64,000 nt of DNA from Octopus bimaculoides (GCF_001194135.2 NC_068994.1:32127234-32191233), one strand, 5' to 3'; positions 1 through 12,701 are shown, counted from the first letter of the stretch. The notes: generated by a model from the sequence alone, not told the origin. Translations and numbers: made by a program.

Positions 1-289
1 ATAATTTTTCAATGACAATAGCAAGAACAACAACAATCGTAGTGTATACGAATGGAAACATACATATATCGGAATATGTCAAAGATTATTTGTGTGTTTC
101 GATTGTGTTCTTTTTCCAATAATTTTTTCATATAAAATTTTTTTCTGCATTCTAGTTTTTTTTTTGCATATTTGTTAATTTTTGTAAACTTCAGTTTTAT
201 GTGTTACCATGAAAGAAAAAAAAGAATTTTTACATGGACTAATAAATATATTGCTATCTATAATCTTCAAAGACACTTCTGGATAATAA

Positions 290-432
290 TATTGATAATA
301 ATATTGATAATAATATTAACAACAACAATAAGGTAGTCGTTGATGATGTTGATGTTAGTGGTGGTGATGACAATAATGATGATAATGGTGGTGGTGGTGG
401 TGGTGATGGTGATGTGATAATGATGATGATAG

Positions 433-511
<79 letters not shown>

Positions 512-825
512 GGTAGTGGTAGTTGTTGTGGTGATGGTACTGGTGGTGGTACTCATAATGATAATGATGGTAGTGATGGTGATGATGGTAGTGGTGGTGG
601 TGGTGATGATGATTTGATGATGATGATGATAATGATGATGATGCTGATGATGGTGTGGTGGTGGTGGTTGTGGTGATGGTACTGCTGGTGGTACTCATAA
701 TGATAATGATGGTAGTGATGGTGATGATGATGAGGGTGATGATGAAAAGTGAAAATAACAATAATAATGAAAATGATGACAATGAAACTGATAATACTAA
801 TGGTGAAATAATAATAATAATAATG

Positions 826-890
<65 letters not shown>
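290..890. repeat. Compound (GAT)n/(GGT)n/(AAT)n microsatellite with a locally duplicated block of about 60 bp
   Basis: Direct reading; the block gtggtgatggtactg...ctcataatgataatgatggtagtg occurs near 528 and near 670. Confidence 0.9.
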
Positions 891-892
<2 letters not shown>

Positions 893-1120
893 TTGCTACA
901 TGATAATGAATTTGATGATGATGGTGATAATGGTAGAGAATAAATGAATAATAAAATTTGAAATNNNNNNNNNNNNNNNNNNNNNNNNNNNNNNNNNNNN
1001 NNNNNNNNNNNNNNNNNNNNNNNNNNNNNNNNNNNNNNNNNNNNNNNNNNNNNNNNNNNNNNNNNNNNNNNNNNNNNNNNNNNNNNNNNNNNNNNNNNNN
1101 NNNNNNNNNNNNNNNNNNNN

Positions 1121-1151
<31 letters not shown>

Positions 1152-2103
1152 TAACAAAAATAGAAAAATGAAATATTCATGCAAGTACACACATATACTT
1201 ATGTATGTATGTGTGTATATATATATGTGTTTGTATGTATGTGTGTGTGTGTGTGTATATATGTATATATACATATATATGCATATATATATATATATGT
1301 GTGTGTCTACGTGTGTGTGTATGCATGTATGTATGCATTTGTGCATTATAATTCATCTCTAGCCATCAGAGCTAAGATGGCCAACATTCGAAATTTAGAA
1401 ATGAGATCCACAGGATATGCGGTAAATGCAGTGAGACAGGAAGCTAAAAAATCAACAAGATACAATTCCCAAAAGTACTTGTGCAGAATACATAAACACA
1501 CACATACACACATGCACACATACACACACACATACACAGAAAGACACACATAAGCATATATGTATATGTGCATATGTGTGTGTTATGTAAATATATATGT
1601 ATGTGTACATATATCTGTGTGTGTATATATATGTATATATATATATANNNNNNNNNNNNNNNNNNNNNNNNNNNNNNNNNNNNNNNNNNNNNNNNNNNNN
1701 NNNNNNNNNNNNNNNNNNNNNNNNNNNNNNNNNNNNNNNNNNNNNNNNNNNNNNNNNNNNNNNNNNNNNNNNNNNNNNNNNNNNNNNNNNNNNNNNNNNN
1801 NNNNNNNNNNNNNNNNNNNNNNNNNNNNNNNNNNNNNNNNNNNNNNNNNNNNNNNNNNNNNNNNNNNNNNNNNNNNNNNNNNNNNNNNNNNNNNNNNNNN
1901 NNNNNNNNNNNNNNNNNNNNNNNNNNNNNNNNNNNNNNNNNNNNNNNNNNNNNNNNNNNNNNNNNNNNNNNNNNNNNNNNNNNNNNNNNNNNNNNNNNNN
2001 NNNNNNNNNNNNNNNNNNNNNNNNNNNNNNNNNNNNNNNNNNNNNNNNNNNNNNNNNNNNNNNNNNNNNNNNNNNNNNNNNNNNNNNNNNNNNNNNNNNN
2101 NNN

Positions 2104-2140
<37 letters not shown>

Positions 2141-3129
2141 TTTAACTGCTAGTATCTCATCTAGTTATTCAAATTTCCCATGTCTGCTCATTAGTACATG
2201 GACTAATGTGTAGGAAATCTGAATGAGGACAGTAGATAGGTATTGGAAAAGGAAAGAGAAGGGGACCTAGTTGGTTTTTCATCGACTGACTGAAGGATTG
2301 AATAAATTAATTGATTAGTTACATCAAGGGTTGGCGAACAGGGGTAAATAATCCCAAATGGGATAAAAGTGAAATTCTTGTGAATAGTGAAGACTCATTA
2401 GACATGAAAACAATTACAAACGTGTTCCTTGTTACGACAGAAATTTTTCTTCTGATATGAGGAGGCAGTCAAAGAGTTGCTGCTTTTTGCAACAAGCTAC
2501 CTTTGGGAACAAGGATTTTCCACTCTAATGAATGTAAAAACAAAGCAGAATAATTGATTGGCCCCCAGAGACTATCCAAATTGCTCTGACATTAAAATGC
2601 CCCAATTTTGATGTAATTGTAATAAAAATGAAACATCATTTCTTCAAAACCTGAAGTGAAAAATTTTCTAGAAAAATCCTTTTCTTTCATAATTTATTTT
2701 ATTGCATTTGTTTTATTATATTTTTTTATATTTATAATTGTATTCTCCATATAAATAGTTTCTATAAACCTTTTGAATTCAAAATTTCTATGATTTTCTT
2801 CCTTTCAAAACAAGGGGTTAACATTAGCATAAATGTAATTTGGGGTAATTGGCTAAAAAAGTTCCCTGGCCACTGAGTTAAGTGGTTAAACCAGTTGGCT
2901 AAAAATAATGAAAGAAGTGAAATAAAACCTGTGTGTGTTTATTAATGACATGATGACCCTCCCAAGAAACAGTGAAATATGTTTCAGCATATGAGTTCAA
3001 ATCAAGAATCTTGCAAACCAAATATATAAACAAAAGTATAAACTTTATATTAGGGGTTTAGAGATTCAAAAGTTACAATTTAAAGGTTGTTAGATATTAG
3101 ATGACTTTTTGCATTCATTAAGTTACACA

Positions 3130-3560
3130 TCAGTGTGGTAAGAAGTTTCCTTACCAACCACATGGTCCTGGGTTCAATTTCATTGCATATCACCTTGGGT
3201 GAGTGTCTTCTACTATAGCCTTGAGCTGACCAAAACCTTGAGTGGATTTGATTGATGGAAACTGAAAGAAGCCCATTGTATGTGTTTGCGTGAGTGTGTG
3301 TTGTGTGCGTGAATGTGTGTTATGTGTGTGTGAGTGTTTATTGTGTGTGTGTGTGTGTGTGTGCTGTGTGTGTGCGTGTGTGCATGCATGTATTTGTACC
3401 TGTGTTACATCCCAGTAACTTAGCTTTTCATCAAAAGAAACTGATAGAATAAGTACCAGGCTTAAAAAAGTACCGGGGTTGATTTGTTCAACTAAAAACT
3501 TTTCAAGGTGGTGCCCCGGCATGGTCGCTGTCTAATGACTGAAACAAGTAAAAGAATAAA
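3130..3560 (+). mobile_element. tRNA-derived SINE, family A (internal TG microsatellite)
   Basis: Head gtgtggtaagaag...gggttcaatt (A/B-box-like), body ccttgagtggattt...gaaactgaaagaagccc, tail gactgaaacaagtaaaagaataaa. The same layout recurs about 12 times in the window. Confidence 0.8.
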
Positions 3561-3982
3561 TGTTTCTAACATATAATGAGCAAAATAAAAACCCTCTGTC
3601 AAAGTTATGCATTGTAAAATTGTCAATGGGAATAAATATGGCTGCAATTAGGAATTTACCAATTTCTGAAATTATTAGCATATTTGTGAAAGAAAAATAA
3701 CAGAGGGTAATGTGCTGTTGGGAATCAGTGTGTTCTTGGATCTATGAGGTTCTTTGAATGGCTTCATTTGTAAGTTTTCCTGTATCAGGCAAACTTCGTC
3801 CACATATTCCTATATTTTTGTATGCCTTATTTTGTATACTTTTCATTTCATTCCGTCTCCTTTCCTCCTCATCACCCAATTTTATCTAAACCATTGTACA
3901 TTGTAACCTGTCTTTGTAATGTTCCCATTATCTGTGTCCCTGTGATAAATATAAGAAATTATTATAATTATTATTATTATTA

Positions 3983-4120
3983 TTCAGTAGTTTTATTTTT
4001 ATAACGTGCTTTCACTTCACTACCGAGCGCAGCTCTGTGCGCCTTGGGTATGTGCTGTGGTTTGCTGTGGTGCTCTTATGTTTACTGTATTGAAAGTGTT
4101 TTGCGTAGAATGTGTGCAGT
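3983..4120 (-). mobile_element. Extreme 3' end of an RLE-type non-LTR retrotransposon (…TAHILRKTLSIQ* + 3' UTR + (TAA)n tail)
   Basis: Minus-strand translation act gca cac att cta cgc aaa aca ctt tca ata cag taa. The same UTR recurs at 4186-4237 and 53841-53948. TTA tracts lie on both sides. Confidence 0.8.
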
Positions 4121-4121
4121 A

Positions 4122-4154
<33 letters not shown>

Positions 4155-4185
4155 GTTATTGTTGTTGTTGTTATTATTATTATTG

Positions 4186-4237
4186 TTCAGTAGTTTTATT
4201 TTTATAACGTGCTTTCACTTCACTACTGAGCGCAGCT
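4186..4237 (-). mobile_element. Second copy of the same LINE 3' UTR, running into a gap
   Basis: ttcagtagttttatttttataacgtgctttcacttcactac... near-identical to 3983-4034. Confidence 0.75.
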
Positions 4238-4799
4238 NNNNNNNNNNNNNNNNNNNNNNNNNNNNNNNNNNNNNNNNNNNNNNNNNNNNNNNNNNNNNNN
4301 NNNNNNNNNNNNNNNNNNNNNNNNNNNNNNNNNNNNNNNNNNNNNNNNNNNNNNNNNNNNNNNNNNNNNNNNNNNNNNNNNNNNNNNNNNNNNNNNNNNN
4401 NNNNNNNNNNNNNNNNNNNNNNNNNNNNNNNNNNNNNNNNNNNNNNNNNNNNNNNNNNNNNNNNNNNNNNNNNNNNNNNNNNNNNNNNNNNNNNNNNNNN
4501 NNNNNNNNNNNNNNNNNNNNNNNNNNNNNNNNNNNNNNNNNNNNNNNNNNNNNNNNNNNNNNNNNNNNNNNNNNNNNNNNNNNNNNNNNNNNNNNNNNNN
4601 NNNNNNNNNNNNNNNNNNNNNNNNNNNNNNNNNNNNNNNNNNNNNNNNNNNNNNNNNNNNNNNNNNNNNNNNNNNNNNNNNNNNNNNNNNNNNNNNNNNN
4701 NNNNNNNNNNNNNNNNNNNNNNNNNNNNNNNNNNNNNNNNNNNNNNNNNNNNNNNNNNNNNNNNNNNNNNNTTATTATTATTATTATTATTATTATTAC

Positions 4800-5338
4800 T
4801 ACTGAATGAGAGAGCAGTGCGTGCCATCAAAATGACACTGGGGTAAAATATATGAAGCTCCATCTGATGAGGGTACACCAGGCACATGCATCACAACCAT
4901 ATGTGTCCGACATGGTGGTCTCATATCAATGTAAGCAGCACATGACCTTGCAGGTGGGCCCAGTTAGAATTTTTTTCAGGTCGAGTAGCTCATCTCACTC
5001 AAAAGGTCCCTGAATAAGGGTTGCTTATGGATGTTGAATGAAATGCCCATGTTTCCAAAGGCAGATTATTCAAACCCCAAAGAATTCCTCTCAACACATG
5101 GCTATGTTGCTCCCCTACTGCTTCTGTTCATGATCAGCAATGTACATATCATCAACCACCAAGGGACATGCTCAACTGGTTAAGGTCAAACAACTGACAA
5201 ACAAATTTGTGGTATTGAACAGAATATTTGCTGTAGCCCATCTTTTATACCAAGACAAAACAATGTACATGATAACACTTCCAATCAGTTAAGATCAGAA
5301 ACCATGAGAGCCACTGCCTGGTACTGTATCAGGGCATT
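4800..5338 (-). mobile_element. About 540-bp interspersed element with (AAT)n tail; probable non-autonomous retroelement
   Basis: Non-coding unique-looking block bounded by TTA tracts on both sides. Minus strand ends ...ctctctcattcagt-aataataat. I recognise it as a common octopus repeat from memory only. Confidence 0.5.
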
Positions 5339-5394
5339 ATCATTATTATTATTATTATTATCATTATTATTATTGTTATTCATAAACACTGAAC

Positions 5395-5652
5395 AGATTA
5401 GACTGTTGGAAAAGAAAATAATCCTAACATCGGGCTACAACATGTTGCCTTAGACGCCAAGAACCCTACTAAATATCCTAGCTGTCCCTAATAATACTGT
5501 TTTCTGCAGCTTTACTAAACTGGGTTTCATGCCTATTTCCTCTACCCATTTGTTCAAATCTTTAGGGATAGTTCCCAATGCACCTATAACTACTGGAATA
5601 CATTTTACCCACACTTTCCATAGTCTCTGTAATTCAATAGCTAGGTACTGGT
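5395..5652 (-). mobile_element. RLE-type LINE C-terminal remnant (YLAIELQRLWKVWVKCIPVVIGALGTIPK...LQKTVLLGTARIFSRVLGV*)
   Basis: ORF 5450-5671. IPVVIGALG and LLGTARI are hallmark motifs of the end of the restriction-like endonuclease ORF in R4/Dong/NeSL-type elements. Confidence 0.85.
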
Positions 5653-5681
5653 TATTAATTATCATTATCATTATTATTGTT

Positions 5682-5885
5682 AGCTGGCAGAATCATTAGC
5701 AATCCAGGCAAAATGCTTAGTGGCATTTCGACCATCCTTATGCTTTGAGTTCAAATTCCACTGAGGTCAACTTTGTCTTTCATCCTTTTGGGATCAATAA
5801 ATTAAGTACCAGTGAGACACTGGAGTCGATGTAATTGACTAGTCCCCTCACGCAAAATTTCAGGCCTTGTGCCTTTAGTAGAAAT
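5682..5885 (+). mobile_element. SINE family B with (TTA)n tail
   Basis: gctggcagaatcattagc...aaaatgcttagtgg...gagttcaaattcc...aagtaccag...caggccttgtgcc, then a long TTA tract. More than 12 copies in the window. Confidence 0.8.
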
Positions 5886-5900
5886 TATTATTATTATTAC

Positions 5901-5966
<66 letters not shown>

Positions 5967-6009
5967 GTTATCATCATTATTATTGTCATCATTATTACCA
6001 TTAAGGCAA

Positions 6010-6180
6010 TGACCTAGCAGAATAGAGTCAGAAAAATTGCTATATTTTTTCCAGTTGTTTATGTTCTGAGTTCAAATCTTGCTGAGGTCAACTTTGCCTC
6101 TCATCCTTTCAGAGTTGATAAAATAAACTACCAGTTAAGTACTGGAGTCAATGTAATCAACTTGCTTCTACCCTCAAAAT
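6010..6180 (+). mobile_element. Degenerate SINE family B copy
   Basis: gttctgagttcaaatct...gaggtcaactttgcc...tcatcctt...gataaaataaactaccag. Confidence 0.65.
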
Positions 6181-6408
6181 CACCACCACCACCACCACCA
6201 CCACCACCATTAAGAAATTTGACAAGCACTGAGTTTTTTAGATTGATTGAGCAATCAGCTGAAGCCTCTACAGGATGTGCACAGTCTATGAGTGATGGCC
6301 ACAGATGACTAGAGCTGACTGAATATGATTAATGAAAGTATTGATAGAAAAATGACAGTGGTGATGATGATAATGATGATGATGACGATGATGATAACAA
6401 TAACAATA

Positions 6409-6467
<59 letters not shown>

Positions 6468-6568
6468 TGATGACTCTAAGTTAATAAAGAAAAGTTTACA
6501 AGTTGCCAAAGTCTCAACGAATACATATAGGCCCACCACTATACCTTTCTGGTTCTCCATCACTACCA

Positions 6569-6572
6569 AACA

Positions 6573-6666
<94 letters not shown>
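6569..6666. repeat. (CA)n microsatellite
   Basis: Direct reading. Confidence 0.95.
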
Positions 6667-6669
<3 letters not shown>

Positions 6670-7412
6670 CACATGCATATATGCTCACATATACATTCAC
6701 AAGCACACACAAAAAAGCAAGAATAATATTCGATAGCAAAACCTCCCATCTCTACTCTTAAAAACGATGACAACAAAAGAAAATCAAAAATAGCAACAAC
6801 AGCAACAACAACAACAGCAAAAGTGACAACAAAATGAAAAACAAAAAAAAAAATCTAAAGCAGTGTTGCCAGCTAAACCAACCAAGAGAATAACAATAGG
6901 TGCAGTACCTCAACGACGATACATCGAACCATAAAAACTTGTCACTGTTCATCATCATATGATTGATATATATTTCTTTTGTGTCTGCATTCAAGCAAAA
7001 CCTCAGTTCTGCAATGAAACACTGGTGTTCCAGTCTCCGAGACTTATGGACTGTGTGATTGATAATGAAAACTCCTGTCAAACAATAAATCATACATACA
7101 CAGTTACGTTTCCCAACGCCTGGCCTCAACAACTGTCCGATATCCGATGATCACGTGTCTGTCTGTTTGTCGAAGTTCCAAGAAGCAAGCCAGCAGCTTG
7201 TTGTTGGTGTTGCTGTTGTTGTTCCTGTTGTTGTTGTTGTTGTTGTTACTCTTTGTATTATTTCAACAGAACTTTACCGCAATTCCATCACCATGACCAT
7301 CGCCACCAACACTACTGACTACAAATTCCTTCTGCCTTCTTGCTTGTTTATTCACTTGTTCACTCTTTGAGATGCTTCCATTGTTCCGTTGTTGGCCTAC
7401 CTAGCTGCTTCT

Positions 7413-7910
7413 CTACAAACTTTTCTTTCTTTCTTTCTTTCTTTGTTTCTCATTCTTTTTCTTCATCCCCAACTTCCTCATTCTTCTTCTTCTTCTCCTT
7501 CTTCTTCTCCTTCTTCTCCTTCTTCTTCTTCTTCTTCTTCTTCTTCTTCTTCTTCTTCTTCTTCTTCTCCTTCTTCTTCTTCTCCTCCTCCTCTTCCTCC
7601 TCCTCCTCCTCTTCTTCTTCTTCTTCTTCTTCTTCTTCTTCTTCTTCTTCTTCTTCTTGTCCTTCTTCTCTTGTCCTTCTTCTTCTTCTTCTTCTTCTTC
7701 TTCTTCTTCTTCTTGTCCTTCTTCTTCTTTCATTCTTCTTCTTCTTCTTCTTCTTCTTCTTCTTCTTCTTCTTCTTCCTGTTGTTGTTGTTGTTCTTCTT
7801 CTTCTTCTTCTTTCATTCATCTTCTTCTTCTTCTTCTTTCATTCATCTTCTTCTTCTTCTTCTTTCATTCATCTTCTTCTTTTCCTTCACCTTCTTCCTT
7901 CTCTCTTTAA
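7413..7910. repeat. About 500-bp (CTT)n/(CCT)n polypyrimidine tract
   Basis: Direct reading; lies about 2.3 kb upstream of the protocadherin ATG. Confidence 0.95.
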
Positions 7911-9392
7911 CCTAAACCAGAACCTACTATCTCCTCCAACAACGGCAGCTGTCAAATCATCTCTTTCAGTTTATTTTATTCATTTACTCTCATCATCATC
8001 ATCATCATCACCATCACCACTACCACCACCACCATCACCATCACCTCTACCATCATCATCATGACCACTACCATGACCGTCATCATTATCATCATCATCA
8101 TCATCATCGTCATCGTCATCACAACCATCATCACTTATTCTGTCGATACCTTCATTAATCTTATTAAGTCAGTTCTAGTCATCTGTGGCCATCACCCATA
8201 GACTGTGGACATCCTGTAGAAGCTTCAGCTGATTGGTCAATCAGTCATCCAGAGAGAGGCTGCTGGCAATACCAAATGAGGCAAGGAAAGAGTAGGTGGG
8301 GTGGGTGGGAAGGAGAAGGAAATTGGTGGGATATTTCTATGCTTTTAAAAAAAAAAAATTATTTCTTTTTATTCTTTTTTATCTGCGGCAGATCTTTCCT
8401 GCAGATCTTTCTTATCAACTTTCATAACACTGATGTACCACGAAATCAGACAGAGAAACTATGTGGTTGGTTGATCTGCTTGAAATAGCAACTAAATCTC
8501 CCTTACCATCTAATCACATCCTACCGTCTTATATAAGAATAAGAAAACTCTTTCAATAATGCAGATGTACATTTGTCAAAATGGATGTGATGGTCATGAC
8601 TTTGATCACAGAATGGAATGAAATGCGTGTCTGAGTGTATGCATGCGTGAATATGTGTGAGTTCGAGTCTGTGTATGTGTGAATTTGTGTGTGTATATTT
8701 TAGTGTGTGCATATGTGAATCTGTGTGTATGTGTATGTTTGTATATGTTTTTCTCTTGTGCATGCACGTCTGTGATTGTGTGTGTGTTTGAGTGTGCGTG
8801 TATATATGAATGTATTTGTAAATATGTATGTGATTCTGATTTTTCTGGTTTTTGATTGTTTCTTTCCTTTACCCGTCCTCCTTCTATAGGCTACCTTTGA
8901 CGTTATATCCTCTACCTTTTCTTAAAAAAAAAACTTAAAAGCGTTCAGGTCATCACTATACATATNNNNNNNNNNNNNNNNNNNNNNNNNNNNNNNNNNN
9001 NNNNNNNNNNNNNNNNNNNNNNNNNNNNNNNNNNNNNNNNNNNNNNNNNNNNNNNNNNNNNNNNNNNNNNNNNNNNNNNNNNNNNNNNNNNNNNNNNNNN
9101 NNNNNNNNNNNNNNNNNNNNNNNNNNNNNNNNNNNNNNNNNNNNNNNNNNNNNNNNNNNNNNNNNNNNNNNNNNNNNNNNNNNNNNNNNNNNNNNNNNNN
9201 NNNNNNNNNNNNNNNNNNNNNNNNNNNNNNNNNNNNNNNNNNNNNNNNNNNNNNNNNNNNNNNNNNNNNNNNNNNNNNNNNNNNNNNNNNNNNNNNNNNN
9301 NNNNNNNNNNNNNNNNNNNNNNNNNNNNNNNNNNNNNNNNNNNNNNNNNNNNNNNNNNNNNNNNNNNNNNNNNNNNNNNNNNNNNNNNNNNN

Positions 9393-9456
<64 letters not shown>

Positions 9457-9917
9457 CAGAGATGTAAGAGAATGCAAAAGCACACATATTTATACATATA
9501 TATTATAATATAGTAAAATTTCTTCTCTCTCTGTCTTTTCAGTAAATCTTCAAGACAATATCACCAAAATTGAATTGCAGAAGAAAAAAGATACTTTCAG
9601 TTGAAAGAGGATACTTTGGTAGTAATGTGACAAAAAAAAAAGAAAAAGAAAGAAAAGGAATAAAAAGAGAAAAGTTTGAAAAAAAAAAAGAAAAAGGAAA
9701 AATGAAACATTTCAACATTTGTCTCTTGTTCCACTTGAGCCTGTCACGTGACAAACTGCAGTATTGATGTCCAACATACACATCGATATAAACATATATA
9801 AAAAACGCATCATAACCAAATAAAGAAACTTAACAAACACATTTCTCATCTTAGCATTCGATTTCCCAGTCGAATGTTCGTCCTCTTCATACTGCTATAA
9901 AGAAAAATAATTTATAA

Positions 9918-9964
<47 letters not shown>

Positions 9965-10245
9965 ACGGCAGCAGCAGCAGTAGTAGTGCTATCATCACAT
10001 CTACTATCATCTTCACCACTAGCACCACTATCTGTGCTGCAATCGCCAGAACCACTAGCAACTGTAGCAGCAGCAGCACTACCACCACCACCACCACCAC
10101 CACCACCACTGCCACTGCCAATTACAACATTACCACTACAGACAACATCATCGTCAACAACAACAATACAATCAACTACAACAAAAGCCATTTTTCTCCC
10201 CTAACACTGCATATACTGTGACCTAAGATTTCTAATTGTGGGAAC

Positions 10246-12675
10246 ATGTTACTGCAAAGTTATCTACTACTGTTGCTTGTTGACATGTACCTCTGCATAG
10301 ATCTGATTTATCAAGTCGAAGAAGGGAAAAGACCTGATACATTTGTTGGTGACATAGCAGTGGACTCACATTTATTGGACACTGTGCCGGTCAGTGACCA
10401 CAACCAGTTCCAGTTTAGTTTGCTACATGAACTTGTGATGGGTGAACAACAGCTGTTTCGCGTGACACCAGCTGGGAAGCTTTACACAGCTCAGGAACTC
10501 GATGCTGAAGCTCTGTGCAAATATAACACAGAATGCTTTACTATGGTGGAAATAGCTGTCCAACACAAAGAATCTTTTGTCAAAATATTAGACATTAAAG
10601 TGGTTGTAGAAGATGGCAATGATTTTGAACCTGAATTTTCCGTCGATCAATTTAATATATACTTTTCAGAGAGAGAAGGCAAAGGATCACGAATATCAAT
10701 TCCAAATGCTATTGACAGAGATGTCGGTGCCTTAAATTCTAAGATTACCTATCAACTGAAAAGCAATATTAACGAACCTTTCCGATTATCTGTCTTAAAG
10801 CAAGGTGATGGCACTTCTAAATTAGCAATTATCTTGGAGGAAAGACTCAACAAGGAAGTAAAAGATACCTACCTGCTTCAAGTAATTGCAAGAGATGGTG
10901 GATCACCACCAAAACAAGGCATTTTGAATATTAAAATATCTGTCACAGACGAGAATGACAATTCACCTATATTTTCTCGGAGCATTTACAATGTTACAGT
11001 AAACAGCAGACACCGGCAAAGTGTTCCAATCGTTACATTGTCAGCAACAGACCTTGATTCTGGCAAAAATGGTAATATTTCATATCATTTTAGTTCAAAG
11101 ACACCAGACTTGGCTAAAAGCCATTTCATGTTGGACCACATATCTGGTGATATATTTCTCAATAAAAGATTTACACTGAATGAGAAACAAACTTATAAGT
11201 TATTCATAGAAGCCAGAGATGGGGGCAGTCCTTCATTGAGTTCAACAGCAGTGGTTCTGGTAAATGTAGTGAGCGAAGCAAATAATGCACCAAGAATTGA
11301 TGTGAAGTTTGTTTCTAAGTCCAGCAGAAATAAAACTGTGATATCAGAGGGAGTAGAGACTGGCAGTTTTATAGCTTATGTTAAAGTAACAGACAATGAT
11401 ATTGGTCGTAATGGAGAGATCAGCTGCAGACTGCAACACGATAACCTACAGCTGAAAAGTTTAAGCAAAAATAAATACAAAGTAGTCATCAAAAAACCAG
11501 TTGACCGAGAAAAACAAAAGCAAATAGAGTTCACTATTATTTGTGAAGACAAGGGTTCGCCATCTTTAAAGACAAAAGGACACTTTTCTATCCAAGTGAT
11601 GGATGTCAATGATGTGCAGCCTCTATTTTCTAAAGATACTTTTAAATTCCTCACATATGAAAATGAAAAACCACACTTCCCTATTGGTTTCATTAATGTC
11701 ACTGATCCAGATCTTGGTTCTGGAAGTCAGTTGAATTACACATTGTTTAGCAATGATAGAGGAATTCTTCCTTTTGAAATTTCTGATTTTGGATTTATTT
11801 CAACCGCCCAATCTTTGGACAGAGAGAAACAAGATATTTATAAATTTCGAGTTTTTGTCAAAGATAATGGAACACCACCTCTGAACAACACCGCAGATGT
11901 CATTGTTGAAGTTATTGACGAAAATGACAACCCACCATATTTCAGCTTTCCAAGCGTTAATCCTTTCAGTTTGGATGTCCACTATCATCCACAAAGCAAG
12001 AACGACATCACAGTTTTGCGAGCATTAGATAAAGATATACGAGAAAATGCCTTCCTCCGTTTTGAAATACTCCGTGGTAATGACAAGCAATTATTTTCGG
12101 TGAATCCCTATTCTGGGGTGTTGTCATTCTCCCGTAAAGTCTACCAAAACGATGCCGGTTCTTATAATCTGCAGTTAGCTGTCAAAGACAGTGGCACTCC
12201 AGCTCTATCAGCAACCACAACCTTATCATTGACTTTGACAGTAAGTAACAAGACCTCGACGATGTTAACAGCTTTGCAAACCTTATCAGATGATAAAATC
12301 CATATCAATTTAGTAATAATTATTGTTATAGCAGCTGTCACTTTGTCCACTGCTATAGTGGTTTCCATAGCAATATGTATCATACAAAGAAACAACCAGA
12401 AAGAAATCCAGTATAATGAAGAATTTGAAATTTCTAACAAATTCCTCAGTGACTCTGAAAAATCAAAATACTTTCATGAACCGTCTTCGTCACACACTGA
12501 AGCTCAGCTTGCTCTTGCAACAGATCTTGCCAAAAGTAGGAACTCCCCAGCCACAATACCAAGGAGAGACACACCGACTGGATTTAAGTCAACTCCAGAT
12601 CACACGTGGAGAGGATGTAATTCTGGAAAACAAGTTCAAGCTGTGGCAGAAGAAGAAGAAGAAACTTATTCCCAG
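10246..12675 (+). CDS. Protocadherin coding exon 1: signal peptide, six cadherin repeats, TM helix, proximal cytoplasmic tail (810 codons; ORF reads on to a stop at 12694-12696 if unspliced)
   Basis: 816-aa ORF with hydrophobic N-terminus (MLLQSYLLLLLVDMYLC) and repeated cadherin motifs: AIDRD/ATDLD/VTDND/VTDPD/ALDKD; VDRE/LDRE; ARDGG/VKDNG/VKDSG; DENDN/DVNDV linkers. TM segment INLVIIIVIAAVTLSTAIVVSIAICII at about 12304-12384. Six ECs with no prodomain in one exon is protocadherin-type. No orthologue symbol assigned because the family is lineage-expanded. Confidence 0.97.
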
Positions 12676-12681
12676 GCAAGA
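12673..12681 (+). promoter_or_regulatory. Non-canonical GC 5' splice site of intron 1 (CAG|GCAAGA)
   Basis: Sequence tcccag|gcaaga. Cleavage after 12675 falls exactly after codon 810 (phase 0) and matches the phase-0 acceptor at 17889. It resembles the GC-AG consensus AG|GCAAGT. Confidence 0.75.
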
Positions 12682-12701
12682 TATTTTCTTATGTAATTTT
12701 C

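Noticed and set aside
11376-12440. Antisense ORFs overlapping the protocadherin (11376-11702, 11800-11994, 12162-12440)
   Set aside because: Shadow frames of a real coding exon.
12691-12698. GT donor at at|gtaatt near the read-through stop
   Set aside because: It would give phase 2 after 12692, which does not fit the phase-0 exon 2 acceptor, and its exonic context is poor.
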